Shown here in pieces: positions 47,372 to 56,665 of a stretch of 64,000 nt of DNA; the stretch's first letter is position 1; each line of letters starts with the position of its first letter. The notes under the pieces are model-generated. The model was not told the DNA's origin and did not search any database. It was given only the letters and a program-made list of their open reading frames with translations. Position numbers and translations under genes: made by a program. Source of the stretch: Candidatus Saccharimonadales bacterium (GTDB lineage: Bacteria > Patescibacteriota > Saccharimonadia > Saccharimonadales > SZUA-47). The DNA is taken from NCBI GenBank assembly GCA_041737385.1, contig JBGSRU010000002.1:333437-397436 (forward strand), written 5' to 3'.

Positions 47372-48673
47372 ATGGACGTCAGCAAAAAAGTAAGATTCAA
47401 CTACGGACTTATCATAACTCTAACAATAGTAGCAATTCCTATGTTCGGATGGAAGCTATCTTATTCATTCATAGGGCTCTCAACATACGATGCGTTGCTT
47501 ATATCTTTTGCCAAAATCGGTGCTTTTGGTGGTCTTGCAATGTTTGCAGTCTCTCTAATTCTTAGCGGGAGGTATGTATTCTACGAAAGACTTTTTGGTG
47601 GTTTAGACAAAATGTATATTGCTCACCGATTTTTCGGCACAGTAAGTGTCGCTTTACTGTTTATACATCCTTTTGCACTTAGTCTACTAACTATCGAGAG
47701 TGGCCTAGGCGCCGCAGCCCTTTTGTGGATAGATGTGCGTGATTTTGGCGTGATCTTAGGGGCGCTAAGTCTTTACGGTTTGATAGGGCTAATAGTGTGG
47801 ACAATATTCGCTAAAATGTCTTATGAAACTTTCATCAAAGTGCACCGCTTATTGGGGGTCTTTTTTATCTTAGGAGCCGTACACGCATTCATGCGTGGTA
47901 GCGTTTTAGACGAAAGTCTTTTTATGCAAGTGTACGTTTTGGCGCTTACAGCTGCTGGATCGATAACATTTTTAGTCTACTCAGTTTTCGGCGACATTTT
48001 ACACCGACCTCTTTCGTACCATGTCTCTTCAGCGCGTAAATTACCAAATGACATTATTGAAATTGTCCTTCGGCCGCGTATAAAGACTCTGCGGTTTAGC
48101 CCAGGGCAGTTTGTATATGTCAGTTTTCCAGAATTACAAAATAAGGAATACCATCCGTTTTCAATAGCATCCGGGAAGAACGACAGTGAATTACGTCTTG
48201 TGGTTCGTAAATTTGGTGATTTTACTAATGAACTTACGGACATATCTCTAGACACTCATGTAAATGTAAAGGGTCCGTTTGGAGGGTTCACATTCTTTGC
48301 TGCACGTCGAAAAAAACAACTATGGATTGCAGGTGGTATCGGAGTTACGCCGTTTTTGAGCGGCGCTCGGTCACTGCGAAGCTCAACTGAAACTGGCAAG
48401 ATAGAAATGGTCTATGCAACTGCCGAGAAAAATCCATATGGACTAAAGGAGCTTGAACGAATCGAAGACCAAAACCCATCGTTTAACATTACACACCTTC
48501 ATCAAGAAACATTTGGCCACATCTCGCTCCGTACACTGCAGGAACAGTTCAAAGACATACACGAACGGGTTATTTATCTATGTGGCCCACCGGGCATGAT
48601 TCAGGCTCTAGAAAAAGAAGCAGAAGAACTAGGCCTCAGCAAGAACCTCCACTTCGAAGCCTTCAGCTACTGA
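47372..48673 (+). CDS. ferric-reductase/NADPH-oxidase-like flavocytochrome (FRD TM domain + FAD + NAD(P)H domains)
   Basis: SD AGGAG. His pairs H..(14)..H (AHRFFGTVSVALLFIH) and H..(13)..H (VHRLLGVFFILGAVH). HPFSIAS FAD motif, GGIGVTPF NAD(P)H motif, and C-terminal CGPPGM. Confidence 0.8.
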   Translation: MDVSKKVRFNYGLIITLTIVAIPMFGWKLSYSFIGLSTYDALLISFAKIGAFGGLAMFAVSLILSGRYVFYERLFGGLDKMYIAHRFFGTVSVALLFIHPFALSLLTIESGLGAAALLWIDVRDFGVILGALSLYGLIGLIVWTIFAKMSYETFIKVHRLLGVFFILGAVHAFMRGSVLDESLFMQVYVLALTAAGSITFLVYSVFGDILHRPLSYHVSSARKLPNDIIEIVLRPRIKTLRFSPGQFVYVSFPELQNKEYHPFSIASGKNDSELRLVVRKFGDFTNELTDISLDTHVNVKGPFGGFTFFAARRKKQLWIAGGIGVTPFLSGARSLRSSTETGKIEMVYATAEKNPYGLKELERIEDQNPSFNITHLHQETFGHISLRTLQEQFKDIHERVIYLCGPPGMIQALEKEAEELGLSKNLHFEAFSY

Positions 48674-49845
48674 TGCTCGGTTAATTCCTCTGGTAAGAAC
48701 CCTTCTTGAGGCTTGAAGTCGGCTTTCCATTTGTAGTCTTTGCCACATTCTAAATCTTTCATGAGTTTGGTCGGTGCATTGCGAAGATGCAGGGGAACTT
48801 TTGCGTTCGGGTGGTAGGCTACCTGACGCTTTGCTCCACTCATCAGTTCTGCAACCTCTCTAGACTTCGGATTTTTGGCCATTGCGATTACTGCGTGGGA
48901 AAGTGCATATTCTGCTTCAGGCAAGCCAACTCTTTCAACCGCCTGAAACGCTGCAACGGCTAAAGTCAGTGCGTACGGGGCGGCCATGCCGATGTCCTCA
49001 GATGCAAAAATCAGTATCCTTCGTGCTATAAATAGTGGATCTTCTCCTCCCACAATCAGGCGGTGCAGATAATACAAACTAGCTTCAACGCTTGATCCAC
49101 GCATTGATTTGATGAATGCTGATGCAAGATTATAGTGCTCCTCGCCGTTTTTATCAAACTGATAATTTGTCCGCTGCATGACCGTCTTAATATGATCTTC
49201 GGTCAGTTGCTGTTTAGAGTTTACAAGCTGTGAAGCAATTTCGATCGTATTTATAGCGCTGCGGGCGTCTCCACCCGATAACTGCGCCAACAACTTAGCT
49301 GCTTTTAGCTCGATGGGATGATTTATGCGTTTGGATGCTTTTTTAATCAGCTGAACTAGCGCTTGTTCGTCTAGTGCGCTAAGCACAACAACTCTTGTGC
49401 GTGAGAGCAAGGCGTTGTTGACTTCAAAACTTGGGTTCTCAGTCGTTGCACCAATCAAAGTCAGCTCACCCGATTCAATATGCGGCAGAAATGCATCTTG
49501 CTGCGACTTGTTGAACCGATGCACTTCATCTACAAATAGCACCGTCTGCTGACCAAGCCGCCGATTCTGCTGCGCCCGCTCTACAACCGCGCGCACGTCC
49601 TTAACGCCGGCCGTTACCGCACTCATCTCTATAAAGTCTACGTCTCCCCAAGATTCTTTCAATAGCCGAGCAATAGTCGTCTTACCAGTCCCAGGAGGAC
49701 CCCACAGTATCAAACTTGTTGGCTGCTTATTCTTGATGAGTAAAGACAACATACCGTTAGGACCAGTCAAATGTTCTTGCCCAATCACTTCAGAAAGCTT
49801 CATAGGCCGCAACTTCTCCGCCAAAGGTATATAAACATGCTCCAT
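48667..49845 (-). CDS. rarA: replication-associated recombination protein A (AAA+)
   Basis: [19 protein letters not shown], and the MgsA C-terminal helical domain. Confidence 0.9.
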   Translation of the reverse strand: MEHVYIPLAEKLRPMKLSEVIGQEHLTGPNGMLSLLIKNKQPTSLILWGPPGTGKTTIARLLKESWGDVDFIEMSAVTAGVKDVRAVVERAQQNRRLGQQTVLFVDEVHRFNKSQQDAFLPHIESGELTLIGATTENPSFEVNNALLSRTRVVVLSALDEQALVQLIKKASKRINHPIELKAAKLLAQLSGGDARSAINTIEIASQLVNSKQQLTEDHIKTVMQRTNYQFDKNGEEHYNLASAFIKSMRGSSVEASLYYLHRLIVGGEDPLFIARRILIFASEDIGMAAPYALTLAVAAFQAVERVGLPEAEYALSHAVIAMAKNPKSREVAELMSGAKRQVAYHPNAKVPLHLRNAPTKLMKDLECGKDYKWKADFKPQEGFLPEELTEHQ

Positions 49846-49912
49846 ACATATATATTAACCTAAGAAATCAGCATTTTGACAAATATTCATATTTAATTTA
49901 TAATTTATTCAA

Positions 49913-50392
49913 ATGATTACACCAGAAACCGATGCTTTTTATGAGCGAATGCTCTTAGAATCTATCGACACGCAAACCATCTTGTTCCCAGGTGACAACC
50001 GCGCTCACTCTATGCGTATATTGGCAGAAAAAGTATTGCAACATGACGGTGAAGTAGAGATTGAAGAATTTGATGACTTCACAAGAATGACCAGAACACA
50101 AGGCTGGACAGACTTTAACGCTGAATGTATCTTGACCAGAGATGCATCAGGAATTAATAGGCTAAGAAGATTTGGCTTAGTGGACTACCCAGCAGGAGCA
50201 ACACTTTGGTTTGCAAGATATGACCTAGAAGAAAGCGCAACTGAAACATCTGAAGGAATTAAAATTACTGCTACAGACGTTACTGAAGACTTCAAACGAC
50301 CACTAAGTGATTTAACAGTTCCCGTTATACAGCGGCGAACTCATGGCTTAACGACTAATTTCGTTACAGCATTCTCAGCAGCTAGAAATTAA
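49913..50392 (+). CDS. hypothetical protein
   Basis: 159-aa ORF. TATAAT lies 8 nt upstream of the ATG. Confidence 0.45.
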   Translation: MITPETDAFYERMLLESIDTQTILFPGDNRAHSMRILAEKVLQHDGEVEIEEFDDFTRMTRTQGWTDFNAECILTRDASGINRLRRFGLVDYPAGATLWFARYDLEESATETSEGIKITATDVTEDFKRPLSDLTVPVIQRRTHGLTTNFVTAFSAARN

Positions 50393-52062
50393 GATAGTCT
50401 AGATAAAACTGTTTCTTCGCCTACGATTTGCATGATTGTGTAGAGATCTGGGGTGCGAGTTTTTCCAGTTGTTTTGACGCGGATTATTTTGGCGAAGTCG
50501 GCTAAACCGCCTTTAAATTTATCTGGATTTGATTTTAAGTCTTTACGGTCTAGGGCGTAACCGGACTTTTCTGCTGCTGATTTCATGTTCTCAAACCATG
50601 CATCCTTATCAGCCGAATGATCATAGCCCGACAAAAAATTCTGACATGCTGTCTGCACATCCACATCAGATATACCCTCAAGTGCCTCAGTTATTAATGG
50701 GACGAATCGCGTTGCGAAAATTTCGTCGTAGAAATACCCGAATTGTTCTGGTACATCAGACCATTTTGCAACATCTTTGCGGGGCTGATCACCGTCTCGC
50801 TCGATTGACAAGACTCGATTTGTAAAATCACCGTCAACCATCATAGCTTCGAATAGCGGGCTATCATGCGCATTCGCCCATGCCAGTACAGCTTTGTTAA
50901 ATGCGCCTTGGTCCATTGAAGCTATCTCATCTTTTGCATAATCCTCAACTTTTTTCATATCAAGCAAAGGTGAACGAGAACTAGCAAGTTTGTCTAAACT
51001 TAATTCAAAGTCACCTAGATCTGAGTCAAGATTAGCCTTGTACCATTCTTCGAAGTTTGAGTTAGCTAACCCAAGCAAATAGGCCTTCACAGCTCTGAGT
51101 GGATATGCGGCCTCTTGCCAATATGCAACATCAGCTTCTGGATCTTTACGCTTTGATAGTTTGCGCTTACCACCGCCATTTGGATCTACAATCGATATAA
51201 CTGGTGTATGTGCATATCTGAAAGGTTTGATTCCGAGCGCCTCGGCAAGTTCAATATGTAGCGGGGTAGACGGCAGCCATTCTTCGCCGCGGAAAATAAT
51301 TGCCGCGCGCATTAGATAGTCGTCAACCACATGGGCTAAATGATAGGTTGGCAAACGGTATTCGTCTGATTTAATGAGCGGTACGTCGAGATCGTTTTCT
51401 GGAACGTTCATATGGCCCTTTAGCACGTCATCAAACTCCATGCGTTTGATGTGTGAGCCTTCAGATTTAAACCTCAGGACAAACGGCTTACCGGCATCTA
51501 GTGCCGCCTGCACATCATCGTCTGATCTATCGCGCCATAGCGCCCATTCGCCGTAATACCCAGGACGAAGCTTTTTAGATTGCTGGTCTTTAACGGCGGC
51601 TTGCAACTCTTCAGAAGTTGCAAAACAGGGGTATGCTCGTCCTTTCTCTAGTAAATCGAGTGCAAAAGCTAGGTATATATCACCTCGTTCGCTTTGCACA
51701 TACGGACCATATTCACCGATAACTGAGCCGTCTGCTTGCAGGCCTTCGTCTGGAATAACTTCAAAGGCTTTTAGTTGCTGGGCTATTAGCTCTTTAGCAC
51801 CTTCAACTTCACGTTTTTTGTCAGTATCTTCGATTCGTAAAACATACACGCCGTTAGTTTGACGAGCTACATATTGGCAAATCATAGCCGTAAATATTGC
51901 GCCAATATGGACAAAGCCTGTTGGAGAGGGACAAAATCGTGTTACTTCAGCACCATCAGGTAGATGGCGCTCAGGATATCTGGCTTCGATTTTAGAACGG
52001 GAGGCAATTTGTCGATTATTAGTGAGTTGCTTTGCAATACTTTGTTGTAGATTTTCATTCAT
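50389..52062 (-). CDS. gltX: glutamate--tRNA ligase
   Basis: RFCPSPTGFVHIGAIFTA (HIGH-type motif) and KLSKRK (KMSKS-type motif). At 557 aa it is longer than typical bacterial GluRS. Confidence 0.85.
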   Translation of the reverse strand: MNENLQQSIAKQLTNNRQIASRSKIEARYPERHLPDGAEVTRFCPSPTGFVHIGAIFTAMICQYVARQTNGVYVLRIEDTDKKREVEGAKELIAQQLKAFEVIPDEGLQADGSVIGEYGPYVQSERGDIYLAFALDLLEKGRAYPCFATSEELQAAVKDQQSKKLRPGYYGEWALWRDRSDDDVQAALDAGKPFVLRFKSEGSHIKRMEFDDVLKGHMNVPENDLDVPLIKSDEYRLPTYHLAHVVDDYLMRAAIIFRGEEWLPSTPLHIELAEALGIKPFRYAHTPVISIVDPNGGGKRKLSKRKDPEADVAYWQEAAYPLRAVKAYLLGLANSNFEEWYKANLDSDLGDFELSLDKLASSRSPLLDMKKVEDYAKDEIASMDQGAFNKAVLAWANAHDSPLFEAMMVDGDFTNRVLSIERDGDQPRKDVAKWSDVPEQFGYFYDEIFATRFVPLITEALEGISDVDVQTACQNFLSGYDHSADKDAWFENMKSAAEKSGYALDRKDLKSNPDKFKGGLADFAKIIRVKTTGKTRTPDLYTIMQIVGEETVLSRLS

Positions 52063-52118
52063 ATATTAACAGTTTACAGCACTAGACTTTAACTAGCCAT
52101 AAGGGTATAAATTAACCC

Positions 52119-52745
52119 ATGAAGAAAAAACTTACTAAAAAGAAAATTATTATTAGGACTGTTACTAAAAAACAGCTCGTAATTGTCACAATACTGTCAT
52201 TCATATTGTCAATTGTCATAGCACTTGGGGCTATTGGACTGGCGTATCAACAACTGATTACTAAAGAAAATGAATCATCAATTAGTAAAATTGCGTATTT
52301 TATAGACTCTGCAACCAGAAACTTATCACAAATTACCCCACAGGTTGACTACACGGACAATTACTTTGTTCAAGGAGCAAAAATACAGTTTACATCTAAT
52401 GATCACACTATACTTCGGCACATGTACGATGATTCTATTAATTCAACCATCTATTTGACATCTGATGTATTGCTCGACTCAAGTTCTAATAAAATCCATG
52501 GTGCTTTAACGTTTGAACAAAGTATTAGTGAAGTACCAAATTTTCAAAACTGTAGCCGTGTATCAGCCATAACATTTAACGAACAACGACCGGCAAATTA
52601 TGAAGATTATGTTGCGAACGGCAACAAAAAATTACAAGATGGAAGAACTGCATATTTCTGGAAACTTCCCGAAAATCTCTGTAAAGAGTATGAATTAGTC
52701 GACTCACTGAACAAAATTATCCAAACCATAGAGAGCTTCAATTAA
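52119..52745 (+). CDS. membrane-anchored hypothetical protein
   Basis: Lys-rich N-terminus and a TM. No motif recognised. Confidence 0.45.
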   Translation: MKKKLTKKKIIIRTVTKKQLVIVTILSFILSIVIALGAIGLAYQQLITKENESSISKIAYFIDSATRNLSQITPQVDYTDNYFVQGAKIQFTSNDHTILRHMYDDSINSTIYLTSDVLLDSSSNKIHGALTFEQSISEVPNFQNCSRVSAITFNEQRPANYEDYVANGNKKLQDGRTAYFWKLPENLCKEYELVDSLNKIIQTIESFN

Positions 52746-52807
52746 AAGTCGTTAAGTTTGTTAATTGCATAGAGAGTCGTTAACTTGTACAATACTGTTT
52801 AAGCTTT

Positions 52808-53962
52808 ATGGAACAACAAAATAGTTTAGGGGAATCAACTTCTCCGCACCCAATTGATGTAACGAAAAAAGACAGATTTGCTGTCGTAAAGGCGTTTATG
52901 CGTAAACGACCACCAAAGAAACGTCTCGCTATCGTTGCTGGAGTCTCGCTCGGCGTCCTACTCATGGGTAGTGTGGGTGCATTTACTCTCATCAAAGACA
53001 ACACAGAACCACTACCCGAGCCAGTCATAGAATCAACTTATGTGCCACCCGCAGAAAAAATATACGCTCCGCTCACTGGACTTGAGACAACTGCTGAGCT
53101 CGCTGCCCGACCTGTGGTAGGAGTCATGATTGAGAATAGCATTGACGCGCGGCCTCAATCAGGCTTACAAGAAGCCGGAGTGGTTATTGAAGCAATAGCC
53201 GAAGGCGGCATTACACGTTTTCTCGCGTTATACCAAGAAGCTCAGCCAGAGAACATCGGTCCAATCAGGTCAGCGCGGCCTTATTATGTGCAGTGGGCGG
53301 CAGGATTTGATGCTGCGTATCTTCATAGTGGTGGTAGCCCAGAAGCACTTGCACTCATTCCAGCGCTCGGACTAAAAGATCTCGATCATGGCAGATTCGG
53401 AGAAAAACTCGCAAGTAGAGTAAGTAATCGTTATGCACCACACAACGTCTATACAAGCATGAGTAGAATTGACGAAGTTCGTAATTCACTTGGATATACA
53501 AGCAGCACATTTACTCCGTTTTCAAGGGTAGAAGTAGAAGAAGTCATCACCGACGCGACACCGGCAGCAGTAACTGCAGGGAAGATCTCCTTCGACATCT
53601 CTAGTCCGCTATACAACACAAGCTATACCTATGACACAGCAGCAAATTCGTATAGTCGTATTATGGCTGGACAAGCTCACACTGACGAGAAAAGTGGCAA
53701 ACAAATCACTCCACGGGTAGTTGTTGCGATGTACATGACTTACGGCATTCACCCAGATGGTGTCCATACTTTGTACGGAAATATTGGAGCCGGTAAAGCA
53801 TTAATTTTCCAAAACGGACAAGCTGTTGAAGCATCGTGGGAAAAGAAAACACAAACTGATCCAATCGTATTCAAAGACGCTGCCGGAGAAAACATTGTGT
53901 TTGAACGAGGACAGATGTGGATTACTGCAATCCCTGAGGGGAGAGTTTCCTACACTCCGTAA
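52808..53962 (+). CDS. DUF3048-domain protein (YerB-like)
   Basis: VMIENSIDARPQSGLQEAGVVIEAIAEGGITRFLALY and SARPYY blocks. Confidence 0.7.
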   Translation: MEQQNSLGESTSPHPIDVTKKDRFAVVKAFMRKRPPKKRLAIVAGVSLGVLLMGSVGAFTLIKDNTEPLPEPVIESTYVPPAEKIYAPLTGLETTAELAARPVVGVMIENSIDARPQSGLQEAGVVIEAIAEGGITRFLALYQEAQPENIGPIRSARPYYVQWAAGFDAAYLHSGGSPEALALIPALGLKDLDHGRFGEKLASRVSNRYAPHNVYTSMSRIDEVRNSLGYTSSTFTPFSRVEVEEVITDATPAAVTAGKISFDISSPLYNTSYTYDTAANSYSRIMAGQAHTDEKSGKQITPRVVVAMYMTYGIHPDGVHTLYGNIGAGKALIFQNGQAVEASWEKKTQTDPIVFKDAAGENIVFERGQMWITAIPEGRVSYTP

Positions 53963-53989
53963 TGATGGAGTAGAGGGCGGGTAAACTTT

Positions 53990-55546
53990 ATGGATTACGC
54001 GAAACAGTATAAAAGGAAACTCTCACTCATTGTTGCAGCATCTTTACTTTTCAGCGTGCTCATAAGCCTTGGTATGTGGTTATTTTTATCGTCCGTCTTC
54101 AGTGACGATCAACTACTTCTCGTTATAGTTTGGGTGTTAATTACTTCTGCGTTAATAGGGTTTTTATCGTTACATGTTGCTCGCGCTACTTTTCAACCAC
54201 TTAGCAAGCTATCTGACGCAATCGTATTTGCTGGGCATAATTCTAGAGGTGGAACAGCACCTGACACTGAAGCGCTTCATCTTGGTCGAGAGCTCGTTAC
54301 ATCACTTGCCCTGCAGGTCTATGATTTAGCCAGCATGGCCAGTGACAGCAGCTCAATGACAAATGAAACAAATCAAACTTTAGCCACACCAACCATGCAA
54401 GCAATCACTCCTTCCGTACTTGACCATGTTGGATTGCCGGTTTTTGGTATTGATCCAAACCAGAATATTACCGCAGTGAATAGAGCAGCCTGTGAATATC
54501 TCGGCATAGAAGCAAGCCAAGTAATGGGTAGACCGTTTTATGACGCCGTAAAGCTATCATTTCAGAGTGAAGAGACTTTTGAAGCATGGCTCAAAACAAC
54601 GCAAGGAAACGCCATAAAAGGTGTACGACTATGGGAACGAGTGCGAACAGTTGACCCAGAAGGCAATGCTGTTAAACAGTTCGATTTAGTTGCAAGTTTT
54701 AGCAAAGAAAACGTCAGTGGAACTGAAACAATGTTGGCTATATATGACCGAACTGAACAATATTCACGCGATGATCAAGAAATTGGGTTTGTTGCACTTG
54801 CGGTTCACGAACTTCGTACGCCACTCACTATTATGAAGGGCTACATCGAAGTTTTTGAAGACGAAGTAGGGCCAACATTGACGCCAGAGCTGACTGGTTT
54901 TATGCACAAGATGCAGGCTAGCGCGCAACAGCTTACTTCATTTGTTGGGAATATTTTAAACGTTGCACGCATACAAGAAAACCAACTCGTACTCAAGCTA
55001 CAGCAGCAAGATTGGCCACAAATTCTGAAAATTGCTGTAGAAGACCTTGCCTTAAGAGCTGGTGTTCACGGTAAGCACATCGAAGTGCAAGTAGCAGAGA
55101 ACATTCCACCGGTGGCTGTAGACAGAATTAGCATTCATGAAGTGCTCAATAATCTCGTCGATAACGCGATTAAGTACTCAGGAGATTCAGGTAAAATCGT
55201 TATCAAAACCGGCGTCAACCAAGACGGCATGGTGGAAACTAGTGTCCAAGATTTTGGTATTGGGATACCAACTGCGGTCATGCCAGATTTATTCCAGAAG
55301 TTCTACCGCAGTCACAAAAGCAGCATTCAAGTTGGTGGCACAGGCCTAGGATTATACCTCTGTAAAGCAGTCGTGGGTGCGCATGACGGCAATATCTGGG
55401 TTCGCTCAAAAGAAGGTGAGGGAAGTATTTTTAGTTTCACAATTCAACCGTTTGACCAACTCAAGCACGAACAGCCAGCTGGCCAAGATGGTATTATGAG
55501 AGGAGCTCATGGATGGATCAAAAACCATTCAATGAATAGACAATAA
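53990..55546 (+). CDS. sensor histidine kinase (2 TM, PAS-like, HisKA, HATPase_c)
   Basis: H-box HELRTPL, N-box NLVDNAIKY, G1 DFGIGI, G2 GTGLGL. Confidence 0.9.
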   Translation: MDYAKQYKRKLSLIVAASLLFSVLISLGMWLFLSSVFSDDQLLLVIVWVLITSALIGFLSLHVARATFQPLSKLSDAIVFAGHNSRGGTAPDTEALHLGRELVTSLALQVYDLASMASDSSSMTNETNQTLATPTMQAITPSVLDHVGLPVFGIDPNQNITAVNRAACEYLGIEASQVMGRPFYDAVKLSFQSEETFEAWLKTTQGNAIKGVRLWERVRTVDPEGNAVKQFDLVASFSKENVSGTETMLAIYDRTEQYSRDDQEIGFVALAVHELRTPLTIMKGYIEVFEDEVGPTLTPELTGFMHKMQASAQQLTSFVGNILNVARIQENQLVLKLQQQDWPQILKIAVEDLALRAGVHGKHIEVQVAENIPPVAVDRISIHEVLNNLVDNAIKYSGDSGKIVIKTGVNQDGMVETSVQDFGIGIPTAVMPDLFQKFYRSHKSSIQVGGTGLGLYLCKAVVGAHDGNIWVRSKEGEGSIFSFTIQPFDQLKHEQPAGQDGIMRGAHGWIKNHSMNRQ

Positions 55547-55548
55547 TT

Positions 55549-55962
55549 ATGGAAGAATCACCTACAACACCACCATCCACAACTCAGCCAAGCATCCTCG
55601 TCATCGAGGATGAACGCTTTATTTCTGAGCTCTACACCCGCGCACTACAAAAAGCAGGTTACAAGGTAGAGACTTCAGCCGACGGTGAGCAAGCACTCTT
55701 CACTGCAGTCAATAACCACTTTGATGTGATTTTGTTAGATATTATGTTACCGACGATGAATGGTGTTGATCTTTTATATAAAATGAAGAGCGACCATGTC
55801 CAACCTGCGATGACTAGCAAGATAATCATTACGACAAACCTCGATCAAAAAGAAGAAACAAGAAGCAAAATTGAGAAACTAGCTGATGGTTATCTTATCA
55901 AGGCTGAAATTACTCCTAGAGAGCTCGTCAACTATGTCAACCAAGTTATTGGCCGTTCATAG
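55549..55962 (+). CDS. receiver-only response regulator
   Basis: ILVIEDE…, ILLDIMLP, and a conserved Lys (LIKA). No DNA-binding domain. It starts 2 nt after the kinase stop. Confidence 0.85.
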   Translation: MEESPTTPPSTTQPSILVIEDERFISELYTRALQKAGYKVETSADGEQALFTAVNNHFDVILLDIMLPTMNGVDLLYKMKSDHVQPAMTSKIIITTNLDQKEETRSKIEKLADGYLIKAEITPRELVNYVNQVIGRS

Positions 55963-55987
55963 CTTACTAGACATCACCTCTGTTTCT

Positions 55988-55996
55988 TGCTATTAT
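55988..55996 (+). promoter_or_regulatory. extended -10 TGCTATTAT with no credible ORF downstream
   Basis: TGnTATTAT lies 26 nt after the regulator stop. The downstream 430 nt are non-coding and end at a strong terminator (56416-56444). Confidence 0.4.
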
Positions 55997-56039
55997 CTTG
56001 TAAGTTTTCACCATTGAATAAGATTAATACGCACCCAGC

Positions 56040-56067
56040 CCGTTCAAAGAGAGGATTCTTTGAACGG
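56040..56067 (+). other. perfect 11-bp stem hairpin
   Basis: CCGTTCAAAGA (56040-50), loop GAGGAT, TCTTTGAACGG (56057-67). There is no U-tract. Confidence 0.6.
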
Positions 56068-56157
56068 AACGAATCAAAGACTCGTTTTGGCTACAATTTT
56101 TGCTCATCTATCTTGTTTTGTGGGCAAAAAAGTAACCAAACCATTACGCTTCGATTC

Positions 56158-56173
56158 AGGTCCCATCATCTAA
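56158..56173 (+). repeat. copy of the tRNA-Glu 5' end (AGGTCCCATCaTCTAA)
   Basis: 15 of 16 identical to 56528-56543, the start of the tRNA-Glu gene. Confidence 0.7.
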
Positions 56174-56197
56174 AGTAAGAAATGCCTGTGGCATTTA

Positions 56198-56295
56198 GCA
56201 AGGAGACTTTCTGAATCAAACTTGTTTTCAAAAGAGAAGTTACGGGTGAGACAATCCTGTGAATTGTCGCAAGGAGACTTTCTGAATCAAACTTG
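56198..56295 (+). repeat. two perfect 27-nt direct repeats (GCAAGGAGACTTTCTGAATCAAACTTG), each preceded by a short hairpin
   Basis: Copies at 56198-56224 and 56269-56295, period 71 nt. Preceding hairpins are AAATGCC-tgt-GGCATTT and GACAAT-cctgtga-ATTGTC. Confidence 0.8.
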
Positions 56296-56415
56296 CTTGA
56301 TATCATGAAATCTCGGGGTCGCTGAAAGTGACCGCTGAAAGTGGGTAGGACATCTTAACCGTCAAAAACATAGCGTTTTAAAAATCTTAATATATAATGT
56401 TGTTAAGTGTAGCTT

Positions 56416-56444
56416 AAAAAATCACGAGAGGACTCGTGATTTTT
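56416..56444. terminator. bidirectional rho-independent terminator
   Basis: AAAAA, ATCACGAG, loop AGGA, CTCGTGAT, TTTT. Confidence 0.8.
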
Positions 56445-56528
56445 AGAGGAGTGACTTGTGTGACCAAGTCTTTACTTAACAAAGAGTAACGTCTTTGTTA
56501 AGCTAGACAGGTCATCAAGTCACGACGA

Positions 56529-56603
56529 GGTCCCATCGTCTAACGGTTAGGACACTAGATTCTCAATCTAGCAATACGAGTTCGATTCTCGTTGGGATCA
56601 CCA
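56529..56603 (+). tRNA. tRNA-Glu (anticodon CUC), CCA encoded
   Basis: Hand-folded. Acceptor GGTCCCA/TGGGATC. Anticodon stem CTAGA/TCTAG with loop TTCTCAA. T-arm ACGAG-TTCGATT-CTCGT. 75 nt. Confidence 0.9.
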
Positions 56604-56665
56604 TTTTAGTTTTACAAAGGTCAGAAAATCTGCAGTTCACGTATTTTCTATTTTGTGTCTTGGGA

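Noticed and set aside
55987-56178. 63-aa TTG-start ORF after the response regulator
   Set aside because: It spans a perfect 11-bp hairpin and the tRNA-fragment repeat and has an implausible composition. The region is treated as non-coding.
56198-56295. Possible mini-CRISPR (27-nt exact repeats with a 44-nt spacer)
   Set aside because: There are only two copies and no cas genes in the 64 kb. The sequence preceding each repeat has conserved hairpin shape, which is unlike CRISPR spacers.
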